Assembly: GCA_965655095.1 (NCBI GenBank) | Contig: OZ296657.1 | Span: forward strand, 44,082,001-44,146,000 | From: Haplodiscus bocki | Taxonomy: Eukaryota | Direction of reading: 5' to 3' | Length of the DNA: 64,000 nt | Notes under the pieces: generated by a model | The model's input: the letters and a program-made list of their open reading frames with translations, nothing else | What the model was told of the DNA's origin: nothing | The model's database searches: none | Position numbers and translations under genes: made by a program | Part shown: piece by piece, positions 1 to 12,671 of the stretch | Layout: each line of letters starts with the position of its first letter | Position numbering within the stretch: the stretch's first letter is position 1

Positions 1-198
1 TGTTTAAAGTAACTTTCTGTAAACATTTTTACATTGTGGTATTTTAATGTGACACCCCCAATATTCTTGAACATCATTAAATATACGTTTAATTAGTTTG
101 AAACTTTTAGCGTTCCAACGCTTTTAATTACGTATTTAGTATAGTTGTTTCAATCTTGGGTATTTTGAGACTTTACGTTCGGCTATTTTGTCCTGCCA
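1..198 (-). repeat. Terminal part of a MITE-like element (inverted copy of 5454-5660)
   Basis: Its reverse complement aligns by eye with 5454-5660 and ends in the shared terminus GTGGCAGGACA(A/G)AA; truncated by the window edge. Confidence 0.7.
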
Positions 199-1038
199 CG
201 GGCAATAGCGTCTGGAAAGTCAGCGAAAATGAAACATCCTGTCATTTCTTGAACCGCTGCCCAAATTAGAAAGAACAAAGGGAGAGAATTTATTTCTCCA
301 TATCAAAGTTACACATATTTAAAAATTAATGAAAACTCAATCAATTAAAGACTGGACAACAAACGCGCCACACAGTACCAATTCATTGTAGTCCATGGTT
401 TGAAAGAAAACAGCCAGGAACAGCCTTGAAAAATTGTCAAGCAAATACTTTTGAAAAGAAAGTGTCGTTTACCAAACGTAGTATCCTAATAACGAGAGAA
501 AACATCCCTTCAATTTTACTCATGCTTATTCTGGAAGATTACCATTCAATCCCTACATGGTATATTGAGAGCGGAGAGGGACTTGATCAATTTCAGGCGC
601 CAGAAGACACGAATCCCGCGCGTGAAAATCTGAAAACTCGCATCTCAGGAAACCTGCGATGGCACGCCCGAAACACTCCAAGTCCCTGTCCCTATAAACG
701 ATCTGGTTCATTCGACGATATTTAAGTTTTTAACTTCAAGAAATGATTCGACAAACTGATAACAGAGAAGCTGTGCTTCGCAAAACTTGAGCGAATGGAA
801 TACAAGCGAACAAATTGAAAAAGTATAACTAGTTTAAAGGGGTCACGGTACAAAAGCTACTGATTAAACGGAAATACAAAATTTAATTAACTCAGTTACT
901 CATGACAAACTTTCATACAAGTCTAGTAAGCACGAGCGGCTATATACAAGTATTTATATACAAGCAAGAAACGCTATAATATGAAACGCTATAATACTTC
1001 ATTCGCTTCATTATTTAAATACAAACACTGATCCTGAA

Positions 1039-1119
1039 GCAACGATGGCACAATCAGGTAAAGAATCCAACTGCGGCGACAACGGTCCAGGTTCGAGCTT
1101 AGGCCACTCGACTTTTTTT
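1039..1119 (+). repeat. tRNA-derived SINE head or pseudo-tRNA (Pol III A/B boxes)
   Basis: A-box-like TGGCACAATCAGG (1046-1058), B-box GGTTCGAGC (1090-1098), T7 run at 1113-1119. No intact cloverleaf or acceptor stem. Confidence 0.5.
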
Positions 1120-2504
1120 GTCAATTCTAGAAACTTGTGTCAGTTGTGAACGGATCGGAAAAAAAATTAAGACTGTGTTAAAAGGGCTAAATTGTTTTTT
1201 TTTTCATTTTAATAAATTCGATAGTTCGCTCTATAATTGATTGATCAAAAGGACTTTCGCTTGAAGCATGGACCCATCACGCAATTTGTGCACCGCAAAC
1301 AGAATAACTTCGTTCCTTAAGAACTACCACGATTTTTCATTAGAAATGAGATCCTCACGCTAAAGATTCATCCCTTTCAGCAAAAACATGAACTGAAAAT
1401 TTATATCCAACACGATCTTTTTATAAACATTAGAAATAAAGTTTGTTTACTTTTCAAATTTTTATGCAATTAAAATTGATTTGTTAAAATGTTCTTGTTT
1501 CGACTCGTCGCCTCCAAAATGAATTAAAAACAATTCAAGACTGCTACTCAATTTTTCTAGACCACATCCAAAATATTCTCCACTTGACAGTTCGAATCAA
1601 GCCAAGTGTTTTTAATCAGGGCTTCAACATCTCTCTTTGAAATGCGGATTAAATAGGAGCTGCTGGCATTTAATATATCCCAGGGTGACTTAACTTCCAA
1701 AAAGTTAATACTAATAACTGAACTAATAACTAAAAAGATAATGGGAATGGATTTGAAATTGAAACCCGTGCCATAAAATGACAAAAAATTGCATATTATC
1801 AGCTCAAATATGCAGCATTTCTTCAAGCATAACATTGTGAACACTTTCACCTGCAACCAAACATGAAAATAATTCAAAGAGGGCAAAACAGAATAAGAGA
1901 GCTTAAATGACATATAATTGGGCCAACAAGTGTTAATCAAAAGTATTCAGCCACTCAAAATTTTTCCTAGCATGAGCTCATTCGTTGGTTGAATTCCTAA
2001 CTTCAAACAGTTTCTTTCATCGCCAAATTTTCAGACGTTCAAACGTTCCTTTTGAAGAATATATATAGCCAATATTCTTTCGCTCATATTTCATATAGCA
2101 TCAAAGCTCTAAGCATGCATACACGCGGAAACCATGTTTCATTAAAGTTTCACGACTGTGAAATTGAATGTTCTGAAAATGAAAGCCAGGTGAGCTTCTC
2201 GACAAAACTTCTTTTGAAATCAAAGTTTTCGATCCTGATTGAGTCTATGCATATTTCAGAAGCATCCTCATTTTTCTCTTTTTCTTGTATCCCCATAGCC
2301 TGGCAGAATAAAAACCATTCACAATGAAATTCGAATCAGAGAATGCAATGCTTTCAATCAATTTTGATCCGAATTCTTTTTGTGGTTTTTCATTACTGAA
2401 GTGACTGATTCATCGCCCAACCAATTTTGGTAAGGATTTGAATGTAAAGTCTTTTAAATTGGTTGACTATGAGTCATTTAGACGATGGAACCACGAAGAA
2501 ACCG

Positions 2505-2710
2505 GGAACAGTCGAAGCCGGCCGTAATTCTCAAAATATCCATAGACATTGTCAAGGGTTTTTTCTGGTAAGTATGTCGATTTTTTTCTCTATTTTTTTT
2601 TTCAAAAAAAGGTCGAAAATTCAAGAGGGGCTCTTTGGTACGTTATATACTGTCTGAAGAAGTCCTTTGTTGAAATATCTTTGGAGTATGCCTTTCCGGA
2701 AAATGTTTTC
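2505..2710 (+). repeat. Dispersed repeat, diverged copy of 12672-12910
   Basis: Shares the blocks caaaatatc, gtcgaaaatt, ctttggtacg-tat-tact-tctga and tatgc-ttt with 12672-12910. Confidence 0.55.
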
Positions 2711-3242
2711 GTAGTTAAAAATGTTTTTGCTCCTGGAATGTAATCCTAGTATCCTGACCCTAAATTGAATAGGTACCCTGAAAACATTTTGTCCCAACAC
2801 TTTGTAGTTTTACGCGCTGAAAGCAAAACAAAAACCAGTGCCGACTAAAAACAGTGGCTGAAGGTGATTGAAGTCATTGCATTGCCAAAAGTCAAATTTC
2901 ATTGTACAATGGTTTTTTTCCTGCAAGCTAGCTAGTGTAGTCTTGAACTATTACAAAGATGTGTGCAATTAGTCACAATACCATGTATTAAATATCCTTG
3001 GGGAAGAGGGAACCGATTCATGTTTCCCTTCACTACGAGAACGCTCATTCAATTTATACCAAAAAAGGCCGGCTTATTCCCAAAACCCAAACCCACAAGA
3101 ACCATGACGGCTCACCCTTAGAACTAGTATCCTTCATTTGAAAACGTTACATGGATGAGAGAAAAACTTGAATTTGGCTTCAAAAACTAATCGAACATTA
3201 ATCAAAACCAATTTATTTTCTCCGCCGTCCTTAAATGTGAGT

Positions 3243-3572
3243 CTAGTTGAGAAGCTTCAACTGCATCTGTTGTGCCCTTTCTTCAATCATTTTTCGGGTC
3301 TTCTTGGAAACCCGGGAAGCAATCTGCACAGCATACTTTCGGTTTTGCATTATTAGGGGATCCAATTCGTTGACATTGAAAACACGCACTTGGTAGAATT
3401 TGCAAGGCAACATGTACTTTGTCTCTTTGCAACTTCCGTAACCAATGTTCGGCATGAGGATCTTCCCCTTGAACCTTCTTCGGACACAGTTATCAATACC
3501 TTTCGGTCGTCTCCAGTTCGGCTTCAGCTTGCCGGGGTATCTGTCCGACTGATGACGCCTGAACTTCTTCAT
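3243..3572 (-). CDS. RPL32: 60S ribosomal protein L32 (eL32); termini appear frame-disrupted, possibly a pseudogene
   Basis: [15 protein letters not shown]...[27 protein letters not shown] is the eL32 signature. The conserved KKR continues upstream of the ORF ATG, and the eL32-like C-terminus (DSHLRTAE) lies in another frame past the TAG at 3243. Confidence 0.9.
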   Translation of the reverse strand: MKKFRRHQSDRYPGKLKPNWRRPKGIDNCVRRRFKGKILMPNIGYGSCKETKYMLPCKFYQVRVFNVNELDPLIMQNRKYAVQIASRVSKKTRKMIEERAQQMQLKLLN

Positions 3573-5453
3573 TCGCTTCTTCTCTAAACACAGAAACCAA
3601 CGCTTTATTTATCCTAATCCGATAACGAAACTTACATCTAATTTTTACTTGACAATTAAGCCGTTCACGAAATCGATGCAATGCTTTACTTGAGTTCAAG
3701 ATGTCCCATAAAATGCTCGGTACTGGCGAAAATGCCAATAAAATCGGAAAAAATCTGCCGGTGTTTATCTTATTGCACATCTTTTCCCCAGAAAGTTCAC
3801 AAAATTGTGGTCCCTTTCACACCCCGAATATCTTACTAGGGTGTTATTGCTTTTCTACTTTTCGTCACGATGCAAGGAGTATATGTATGCTAGAGACACT
3901 ATGTCTACTTTATTCAGAACGCAAGATTAATGAACATTTTTATTAGTATCTTTGGGCTTTACATTCATACTACCAACCGATGATAGCATGCCTTAGGGGA
4001 CACAACTATAATCTTTCCCATAATAAATCAAAATCGGGGAGGGGTGATTTAATAGCTCCAATTTTTGCTGAACCTCAAATTTTATGAAACGAGTAATCTT
4101 TGATACTTGGCAGTGGACAACACCGCCATTTTATTGAAAACTAGTTAAAGTGTTTGACCTGACTCTCACAATACATTCCGCTTTCAACACTTACTTTTAA
4201 AGCATTTTCGCTTTCCCGGTAAAAGTCTGATTAGTTATGAGATAATGACTGATATGTTCGTCCATATACTGTGATACACCAAAATTCAGAACAATCAAAT
4301 CGATTCCATCTTTTCGATTTGCTCATTTTTTTATCAGACCGTTCAAAGAGGTAGTTCCCACTCCTCAAATCACAAGTTAGTCTAAATTGTCTTTAATTTA
4401 AAATTTAAAACAAGTAGAAGACGTTCAACTGCATCGACAGGCGTTCAACTGAACCTATCGGTCACCAATGAATGAAGTGAGCGCTAATACCTAGCCAATG
4501 CAGAATAATCTTTCTACTAACGTGGGACTTTGCCGTTGTAGGCAGGTCGGACAACCACTTTATTACTCTTTGCTGGAGTCATGCTTTGGAACTGAAAATG
4601 AATTTACAACATTTGGGGTTATCATTCACTTCATTATATTGAATACTTCAGGTTTATCTTTATCCCCTGAATTACCAAACTGTTTGGTACTCAGAAAAAC
4701 TAATGTAATCAAATTTTAGTTCATTACTGTTTCCGAAGAAATGATAATGATTTTAAATCGAATCACTTACATGCAGTCCCATCTTACAATTCACTTTTAA
4801 CATAACGTTCGAAATTTAATTATTCTGTGCTATGACGTTCTACTAAAGAATAATACATGTACAACCTTCAGCAACATAGATCATCGTTGAAAACGGAAAA
4901 AGAAATGCAAGTGACTCAGACTTTGAAAAAAGGTATTTCCTAACTGAAATGTCTACCGGGGAGGATCTGCCCCAGCCTCTCCAACGCCTTCGCGTTTGAA
5001 TTAGCAACAAAATAGCTTCCCACCAATTTCCTAATTCATGTTACAGAAAAGACCTCCCTTCTCCTCTCCTACAGAGCCTAGAAATTTCGCAACCAGTTTC
5101 CCTTTCCGCCTGTTTGAAGTGCCCAGACGGGATAAACGAAGGAGGGATTATCTTTCGGGAACTTTTTCCTTCCCCACACATAGTTTATTCAAATTGAACT
5201 TCAATTGGATAACAATATAATTTTCGGATCTCTCACATATTTGAAATGTTGAATAATATTTCCAAAAAAACATAGCCGCTCAAGGCGGATAGGACCTCGG
5301 AAAATTTTAGGGATAATCAAAGCGTTTCCCACAACACAAATTCTGTTTTCCCACGAAGTTCCTTGGTTTTACACTTCTATAAGTAGTTGCTCTTGACTGG
5401 AGAACAAGAAAAAAAATCGATTTTTTTTTCATTTACGCGCTGTCACCGCTGCT

Positions 5454-6235
5454 GGTGGCAGGACAGAATACCCAAGGCCAAAATACCCAAAGTCCCATAA
5501 TACCCAAGATTGAAATAGCCATACTAAATGAATAATTAACAGCGTCTTGAACTAAAAGTTTCAAGACGCTACTAATTACGTAGGCTTAATGATGCTACAA
5601 AATATTAGTGGTGCCAGATAAAATACAAGTCAAAGTATTTACAGAAAATTACCTTGAACGGAAAAACCTTCTTGAAAAATTCAAAACTAGTTTTCTCTAT
5701 AAAATAAACGGAAACTTGCATTTCCAAAATTCCGTATTTTTTTCCAAAAATTTTCACAATACATTTTTCTAAAAATTGTAATTTCTCGCCTCTGTGCGAT
5801 TCACCTCACAAATTTTTCGACACTGCGAGACAAAATTGTATTTCACCTCACAAAATTTTCGGCAGTGTGGGACAAAATTGTGATTCATCTCACAATATTT
5901 TCGACATCAACACTGTGAGGCAAAATTATGACCCCACCCCCAACAAAATTTTCGTTACTCAGCAAAACTTTAAATTTCAAAAGGGTGAGTTTTTGCAAAA
6001 TTGATCCAAGATGCAGTAGTAATTTCGTACATTGTTTTCATTATGGCACATAGAAGTTTATTGTAAGAAGCAATAATATCGCCATCATAAATAAAATATC
6101 AATTAAGTAATTATTCAAAATTCAAATATTTCAGTTCCTTTTAATGTTAAGACGCTTTTAATTATTTAATTGGTATTGTTTTTTCAATCTTGGGTATTTT
6201 GGGACTTTGGGTATTTTGGGCTTGGGTATTTCGAG
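5454..6235. mobile_element. MITE-like non-autonomous DNA transposon
   Basis: Left arm aatacccaaggcc-aaaatacccaaagtccc-ataatacccaagattgaa is the inverse of right arm ttcaatcttgggtattttgggactttgggtattttgggcttgggtatt. No coding capacity. Confidence 0.65.
5797..5953. repeat. ~43-bp tandem repeat, 3-4 degenerate units inside the MITE
   Basis: Unit ~ttcacctcacaaaattttcgacactgtgagacaaaattgtga repeated head to tail. Confidence 0.75.
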
Positions 6236-7456
6236 GTGAAACCACCGCAACTATGATGCTCCGTATGGCCCCTCTTGTACTCCTACGCAGCTTCGCTCGT
6301 TTTGATTTTTTTAAAATTTTTCAAATGGATGAAATTCCTTTCGGACGAGGTTGCAAACTGTACGAAAAAGCGTTTTAGAAATTAAAAAACGACAACAGAG
6401 TAACAAGATTAACAACTTGGTAAAATTGAAATTTTCCGAAATCCTAATATTCTATTATGAAGAAACCTACAATTCAAATTTGAAAAAAGATGACCTTTAG
6501 GGGGGGGGGGGGGGGGGGTTGAAGAAAAAAAGAACCATCATTCGAAGATAACGCAAATTAGCCTTCGATAAACTATTTCGTCAGTAGCCCTTCAGGGCAA
6601 GCGAAAAAAAATCGCAATGTAACATGACTTTCTTGCTGGTAAACAATCCATTAATACGACTCCCTCAATGCCCGAATTTTTTTTTTTTTTTTTTGGGGGG
6701 GGGGGGGGGGGTCAGTTATATAATACAATAGCGCCCTTTCGTCGATCGTCCTAATACTTCATCATGAAAAATAGGACAACCGAAGAGACAGATCACCGCA
6801 ACTATACGTTCATGTAAAAAGGTGTACTCTTTATATGAATCAAAATTTCTCAAGAGACTACCACAAATTTGCCTTTGAAGCGCTCTTAGATGCTAATCCT
6901 CGTATTCTATTGCTCCCAGCTAGGCTTTGAGTTTTTCTTCTTCGCATTGCATTGTCAGATTTAAGAACAAACAGGTTCCTTTTGATGGCGAACCCGTTGA
7001 TGTGAATATTTAAAATCGTCGCGCATAAATGAACAGTTGCATTAAAAAATCAATCAAATTTCGATGATGCCTGTACTAGAGACGATAAATTCTCTCTTCA
7101 AATGTTCAAAGGAAAATAATCTTGAGCACTTTCGTCAAACTTGATGTACTTGGTAACAATCAATGTTTTTCAAAACATTTCCAGCAGTTGGTTGCATCTG
7201 AACTTCAAGTTGGCGCCACATTCGCTACTAAATCAAACTTTAGACAGTCACTAATGACTTGCAATCATCTTTCATTTCTTGCATGTCTTTAAAAAAGATT
7301 GAAAAGAAGCTGCAAAAACAAATAGTGATTTGAATGTGGTAAAAAATAATACAAAAACAATATGACTAAAGCTCCAAAAAGAACAGCTTATAGAATTAAT
7401 AAAAGAGATTGTTGTTTATAATAATAAGGTCGATTGCCATTTATTAAAACGATTTA

Positions 7457-10400
7457 TCAACAGTCCATTTCTCCCATGCGACCGTGGGGCATCTGATAAC
7501 TATGATTAACATTCTGACTGTTGAGCCTGTTCATGAGACCGGCTATTTTGTCCACACACGCATCTGCTTCTTGTTGCATCGCTGAATGCAGATAAGATTC
7601 CGTGGGGGGCATATGAGGCGCACCTGGGGGTGGTGCCATAAGAGGCCGATTATAACTAGAGGTTGGCAAACTGCTTAGAACTGAGTTTGAGACTGATGGC
7701 AAGTTTGGATGCAGTGGCATAGGCTTGTTCATTTTGCACATGTTATTGTCCACCATCATATTAGAGGGCAACCCTGTGGTTGCATTTAGAGAAGACAGTG
7801 GCTTCAGTTCTGGGGGCATAGCTGGGAGCGCCTTCAATGCCTTGTCACTGGTCGATTTGTGTCTTCTGCCCAATGAGCCGTCATTTGACCTGTTACCTCC
7901 AGACAAAGAGCTGGGCGGGCTATATACAGCAGTTTCGGAGCCCGTATTATAATCTCCCAAAGTTGGGGTGTCTGATTCGTAGTGTTTGTACATACCAGAT
8001 GAGCCTCTGTTGTTAAAATTATTTGGTGAATTAGCTAAGTGTGGAGGTGACTGTGTATTGGACTGCATGAACATGGGTTTTATTGCCATCATTGGAACTT
8101 CCGATTGCATCGAATGAGGATGTTGTTGCAAAGGAGGTGGCAGCTGACCTCCGAGTCGTACAGGTGTAGGTCTGATCAAATTTCCATGTTGAGGCATATC
8201 TGGATGAGTAATGTGCATCTGCATACCAGGAGATGGGTTTCCATGCCCTTGACTATGGGAAATCATATGACCAAAATTGGGGGCTGGTGACTCATGAGAA
8301 AACTTGGAGGTAACAATATGTTGCTTTTGTATATCAGGAGGACTTCCAGATCTGTTGTAATTATCCATTGGTCGATAACCTGCTGACATGTAGCTCACTG
8401 AAACCTCTTTACCTGGTTTCAGTTCCATCAAATTGTCTTTATGAACATAGAGGTCAGTCAAATCTGGTTGTTGCAGAGGCGTGTGCTTTGAATACAGCGA
8501 ACCAGGTTGAGTCAGGTTAGATCCTGGACGACCCACACTTTGTTTGTCAATAACTGACGCCGCAGCTTGATGATTAATGATTCTACAGACAACAAATGCA
8601 ATGATGAGACAGACTACGATCACAGTAAGTCCTACTACGGCAGCTATCATTATGTACACATACTCTTTTTCAAGACCTCCAGAATTCGAGCCCACTTGAG
8701 CACCATTTGTCAAATCGTCTTTCGGAACATTGTATGCCAATGGGGTTGAATACGATATGGGAGTAGCGCTAGGCGGACCTAAACCTTTTCTGTTGCGTGC
8801 AGCAATTTTGAAGTAATAAGTAGTTTCTAGGGTTAGGTCTTTGACCTGATGGGTCAATTTGTTTTCCATGATCTGATCCAGGGCCCAGTCTTCTGCAAGT
8901 GGATCTGTTGTGTAGAACAAATCATACCCCGTAATTTGGCCATTAGGCTCTTCTGGGCCCAACCACATGAGCAGCACGTCATTAGGACGCCCCTTGACAG
9001 GGCTAGCTGTAAGGGACATTGGAGGAGTTCCTGGAAGCGTTTCATCAGTACTTCCGAGAGCAGCCATACTCCAAGGACTACTTATGGAATCAGGATCACC
9101 TTCGTCCCCACGGAATGCCTGTACATCAATTTCATATTCAGTTCCGGGTCTCAAATTAGTCACGTGACAGGAAGTCAAAGGAAGACACTTGAATTCACGG
9201 TTGAATATGGTTGGATAACGACAAGTCACCCTCACTTTGAACCACGAGTCATCTTTCGTGGGATTATTTGAAGTGAAATATACCTGTAGCGTATCATGAC
9301 CAACGGCTTTGACTGATACATTATTAGGCATCTGTAAAGGCATGTCGTATTTGTCCTGTGTTTTGGAGGTTCTAGCTTGGTTTAGAGCATACTGACCTAT
9401 TCCAATTCTATTCTTCGCGGCAACTTTGATGATATAGAACTGATCCGTCTTCAAACCTGAGAACGTGTATCGATTTTCTGTCGCCGCAATTTCGGCAGTC
9501 ACGGTAATAGGGACGGTTTGATCAATATAGAGAACGTAAGAGCGAACTCTTATTTTTGAGCTATCTTCAGTTCCATCCCACTTTATAGTCAATGAATTTT
9601 CCGTCACTCCTACAACAGTAAGCCTCTCAATTTTACCGGGCACGCGATCCTCTGCTAACATATTACGTAATGTTTTCACACTGACCCAATCTGAGAAAGG
9701 TCCATCGCCGTAATCATTGACAGCAGCTACTGACACTTGGTACATCGCGTCCTTCTGCAAGTTCTTCAGCACGATTCGATTTTTCTGACTCAGATCTGCT
9801 TTCTCAGTGTTGACGTCAGCCTTCAGTTTCTGAGGTCTATACTTGATGAGGTACTCTTTGATCCTTCCATTTTCATCCACTTTTTGAACGTTTTCCCACC
9901 ACACTTCGATCTGGTTTGGGTCAATTCCCATGGCACCCACTTCCTGGGGTGGACTTGCCGGCCTCGCTCCATTCGTCTGGAACCAATTAGAACCCATGGC
10001 TACTTGCCGCTGATCATTTTCAGATGATACTGTGACGTTATAAAGGCAATTTTCTTGCAGGTCTTTCAAAAGATACGAATTGGAGGTCGTTGTGATACGT
10101 GTAGTAACAGGCGACGGAGTAAAGCAAGAGTTCAAGTATTCAATGTAAAACTTTTCATATCCCGGAGATTGAACACCCCAATTTATCAAAGCTGTCACCG
10201 ACTCGACAGTCTGAATATTTACCTTGATCGCACCCAAGTGAGTTCTTTTCAGAGTCCTTCCACGGATCTCAGCGGTCTTGCCCAGCTTCTCGGCAGCATT
10301 CACTCCTTGGACTTTGAACACATAAGTCGTATCTTCTTGCAGACTTCCGATATCAACAGAAAGTTTCGTGTTCAGAGTCGTTACTTTCTTCACACGTGGA

Positions 10401-11854
10401 CTGGAAACTTTGTCTTCGTAATAGGAAATCAGGTATCTCACAATTTGACTACCACTTGCGCCGAGAGGAGGCTCCCAAGACAAATGTATAGACGTAATTG
10501 AGGACGGTTCAGCGTCCAAAAATCGAGGTTTACCCAAAGACTGAAACTCATTAATTGGTACTCTCGGATTCACAGCCAGATGAAATACACGATAGGCGGT
10601 CCCATAATCATTTTCCGCGATACACTCGTATACGTTTGCATCTGAAGTGAGAAGTCCGAAAACTTGGAGCGAGTCAGGTTGCTGTACAAAATACACACCA
10701 TCCATTTTAACTGGTTTACCATCCACGTACCATGAAACTGTCGGAGCGGGGTGGGCAGTGACAGGGCATGAAAGATCTATATTACCCTCTTCCTCGCCTT
10801 CAAGTTGGATAGACGGTCCCTCGAGAGTGAGAAACTTGGGCGATTCGTTAACTTGAAGATATATGGGATGCTGAGATTTGGCCTGTACCATTCCAGTGAA
10901 AGTAGCAATGCATTTATAACTTCCACTATCCTTCAGGTCGACGTTTTTCAACTTAACATTGCCACTTCCAACTATGTCATATTCGCTCTCCTGCAATTGT
11001 ACATTTTCCCTGTACCACGTGTATTTGATTGACGTGGGGAATCCGCGAGCCGCGCATTGCAACAAAACATCATCTCCTATCAGTGTGCTAATATTAGTAG
11101 GAGCCTCAAAGAATGACAGCCCTTCAGTAGTATGTCCCTTGATTACATCCACCTGAGCTACGTATACACTTTTGGTGCCAATATTGTTTGTCCCTTCACA
11201 TGCATAGAGTCCTTGATCCCTGAGTTGTAAGTTGGAAATTTCCAAAGCTGCAGACGAAAAAGAACTAGGCTCCATTAGGGTAATTCTCGAACTTGTTTCC
11301 ATCTTAATGTCGTCTTTGTACCACTCAACCATCGGCTTAGGGTTAGCGTCAATGGGGCAGAACAACTTCAATAAGCCACCTTCGTACTCTTTCACTTGTT
11401 CTGTTTCTCCTGGCGCCTCAGACGAAGGTTCTGAAGCTAGGTCTACATTGCATGGGGGACTAATCACCGACCCCCAGTTTCTGATCTGCCCAATGCAGCG
11501 ATACCGTCTCCTTGAATAATTGTCAGTCCAGTGTGAAATTTTGAGACTGTTGTTGCGCAATAATTTATGGGATAAGTCGTCGATGAAGACATCAGACCAT
11601 TTCGATTTGTCGGGTCCTCCAGCAGAAATTTTGTAATCATTCACGATTGCGTATTGCCATGAAACGCCGTGAAAATTAGGACTGAATACACAATCTAACA
11701 CCGCGAATCCATCGGCACTGTTTTCAGCTTTAAAAACAATTCCGTCGCGTGGAACAGCGATAAAATTAAAAGTCTGTGATGTAGAAAAGTTAATTTGTAA
11801 AAAAACGAAAGCTATAACTAATTGAATGAAATTGCAAAAAAGAATAGGAGCCAT
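7457..11854 (-). CDS. DCC: Netrin receptor of the DCC/neogenin/frazzled/UNC-40 family, single coding exon
   Basis: Signal peptide; four Ig domains (C..W..YxC patterns); six FNIII repeats; TM helix YVYIMIAAVVGLTVIVVCLIIAFVVC; P1-like PDLTDLYVHKDNLMELK and P3-like KIAGLMNRLN cytoplasmic motifs; AATAAA just past the stop (7440-7445). Confidence 0.93.
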   Translation of the reverse strand: MAPILFCNFIQLVIAFVFLQINFSTSQTFNFIAVPRDGIVFKAENSADGFAVLDCVFSPNFHGVSWQYAIVNDYKISAGGPDKSKWSDVFIDDLSHKLLRNNSLKISHWTDNYSRRRYRCIGQIRNWGSVISPPCNVDLASEPSSEAPGETEQVKEYEGGLLKLFCPIDANPKPMVEWYKDDIKMETSSRITLMEPSSFSSAALEISNLQLRDQGLYACEGTNNIGTKSVYVAQVDVIKGHTTEGLSFFEAPTNISTLIGDDVLLQCAARGFPTSIKYTWYRENVQLQESEYDIVGSGNVKLKNVDLKDSGSYKCIATFTGMVQAKSQHPIYLQVNESPKFLTLEGPSIQLEGEEEGNIDLSCPVTAHPAPTVSWYVDGKPVKMDGVYFVQQPDSLQVFGLLTSDANVYECIAENDYGTAYRVFHLAVNPRVPINEFQSLGKPRFLDAEPSSITSIHLSWEPPLGASGSQIVRYLISYYEDKVSSPRVKKVTTLNTKLSVDIGSLQEDTTYVFKVQGVNAAEKLGKTAEIRGRTLKRTHLGAIKVNIQTVESVTALINWGVQSPGYEKFYIEYLNSCFTPSPVTTRITTTSNSYLLKDLQENCLYNVTVSSENDQRQVAMGSNWFQTNGARPASPPQEVGAMGIDPNQIEVWWENVQKVDENGRIKEYLIKYRPQKLKADVNTEKADLSQKNRIVLKNLQKDAMYQVSVAAVNDYGDGPFSDWVSVKTLRNMLAEDRVPGKIERLTVVGVTENSLTIKWDGTEDSSKIRVRSYVLYIDQTVPITVTAEIAATENRYTFSGLKTDQFYIIKVAAKNRIGIGQYALNQARTSKTQDKYDMPLQMPNNVSVKAVGHDTLQVYFTSNNPTKDDSWFKVRVTCRYPTIFNREFKCLPLTSCHVTNLRPGTEYEIDVQAFRGDEGDPDSISSPWSMAALGSTDETLPGTPPMSLTASPVKGRPNDVLLMWLGPEEPNGQITGYDLFYTTDPLAEDWALDQIMENKLTHQVKDLTLETTYYFKIAARNRKGLGPPSATPISYSTPLAYNVPKDDLTNGAQVGSNSGGLEKEYVYIMIAAVVGLTVIVVCLIIAFVVCRIINHQAAASVIDKQSVGRPGSNLTQPGSLYSKHTPLQQPDLTDLYVHKDNLMELKPGKEVSVSYMSAGYRPMDNYNRSGSPPDIQKQHIVTSKFSHESPAPNFGHMISHSQGHGNPSPGMQMHITHPDMPQHGNLIRPTPVRLGGQLPPPLQQHPHSMQSEVPMMAIKPMFMQSNTQSPPHLANSPNNFNNRGSSGMYKHYESDTPTLGDYNTGSETAVYSPPSSLSGGNRSNDGSLGRRHKSTSDKALKALPAMPPELKPLSSLNATTGLPSNMMVDNNMCKMNKPMPLHPNLPSVSNSVLSSLPTSSYNRPLMAPPPGAPHMPPTESYLHSAMQQEADACVDKIAGLMNRLNSQNVNHSYQMPHGRMGEMDC

Positions 11855-12671
11855 GTTGATTTTCCTACAATCAACAGTTAACAGTAACTAAATAAAATAG
11901 AAAGCCGTACTTGAGGTTGTGTGAAGAGTATTTACTATGGGAGCAGATGAAATATCATTGGAAGAAAGAATAGAACAGCAATATAATCTAGGCCGCATTT
12001 TATTGGTTGAGACGATGAACAAAATACAAAATACTGAAGTCATACCTCCACACTCCACCTGAAAGAGAACTACCGCGACGTCCAGTCAATACTATCTTCA
12101 AATTCCATTCCATAATATCCAACTGGAAATAACAAAAAGCAACTTTGGAAACATGGCTGTCTCTACACAAAGTACTATTGAAATGTCATTAAGCGGCATT
12201 TGATTGGCCCGCGTGATGAATAATGCATTTTCTTTCCACCTGAAAAAGAGAACCGTTGTAAAGTCCGCTGAATATTAAAGCCCGTAGAGCACGAAAAGGG
12301 AATCCTGGTGAAGTAATTGTGCAAACAGATTTCTTGAAAGAAAATTCTCACCTCGCAAACAAAAGCTCCGACTTTCATTTGAGGAAAAGAGGTAAAAACT
12401 GGTTCACAGTTGAAGAATTTGACCGTTAAAAATTTTGAAAACAAACACTTTTCGTCAAAACAAGATTGCATCTAGGAATGAATGTTCAATTCCCACACGG
12501 CTAGGAACTTTTTACCTTGATCCCGAAACCCTTCTTCCAAACAACAACTTTCTACAACTCTAAGGACTAAAACGATTCGAAGTTGTTTACTAAGCATGTT
12601 TTTGGACCAGACATTTAGGAAAATCAAAAATTACCATGAGTGTTGTAAGCATATTTTGTCCCTTTCCAAGC

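Noticed and set aside
1039-1112. Functional tRNA gene
   Set aside because: A and B boxes are present but the acceptor and anticodon stems do not pair.
5797-5953. Palindromic ~43-bp repeats resembling a CRISPR array
   Set aside because: Head-to-tail units with no unique spacers, no cas genes, eukaryotic context.
6500-6711. Poly-G and poly-T runs as G-quadruplex regulators
   Set aside because: Simple homopolymers with no further evidence of function.
7725-11519. Plus-strand ORFs overlapping the DCC gene
   Set aside because: Antisense shadows of a long coding region.
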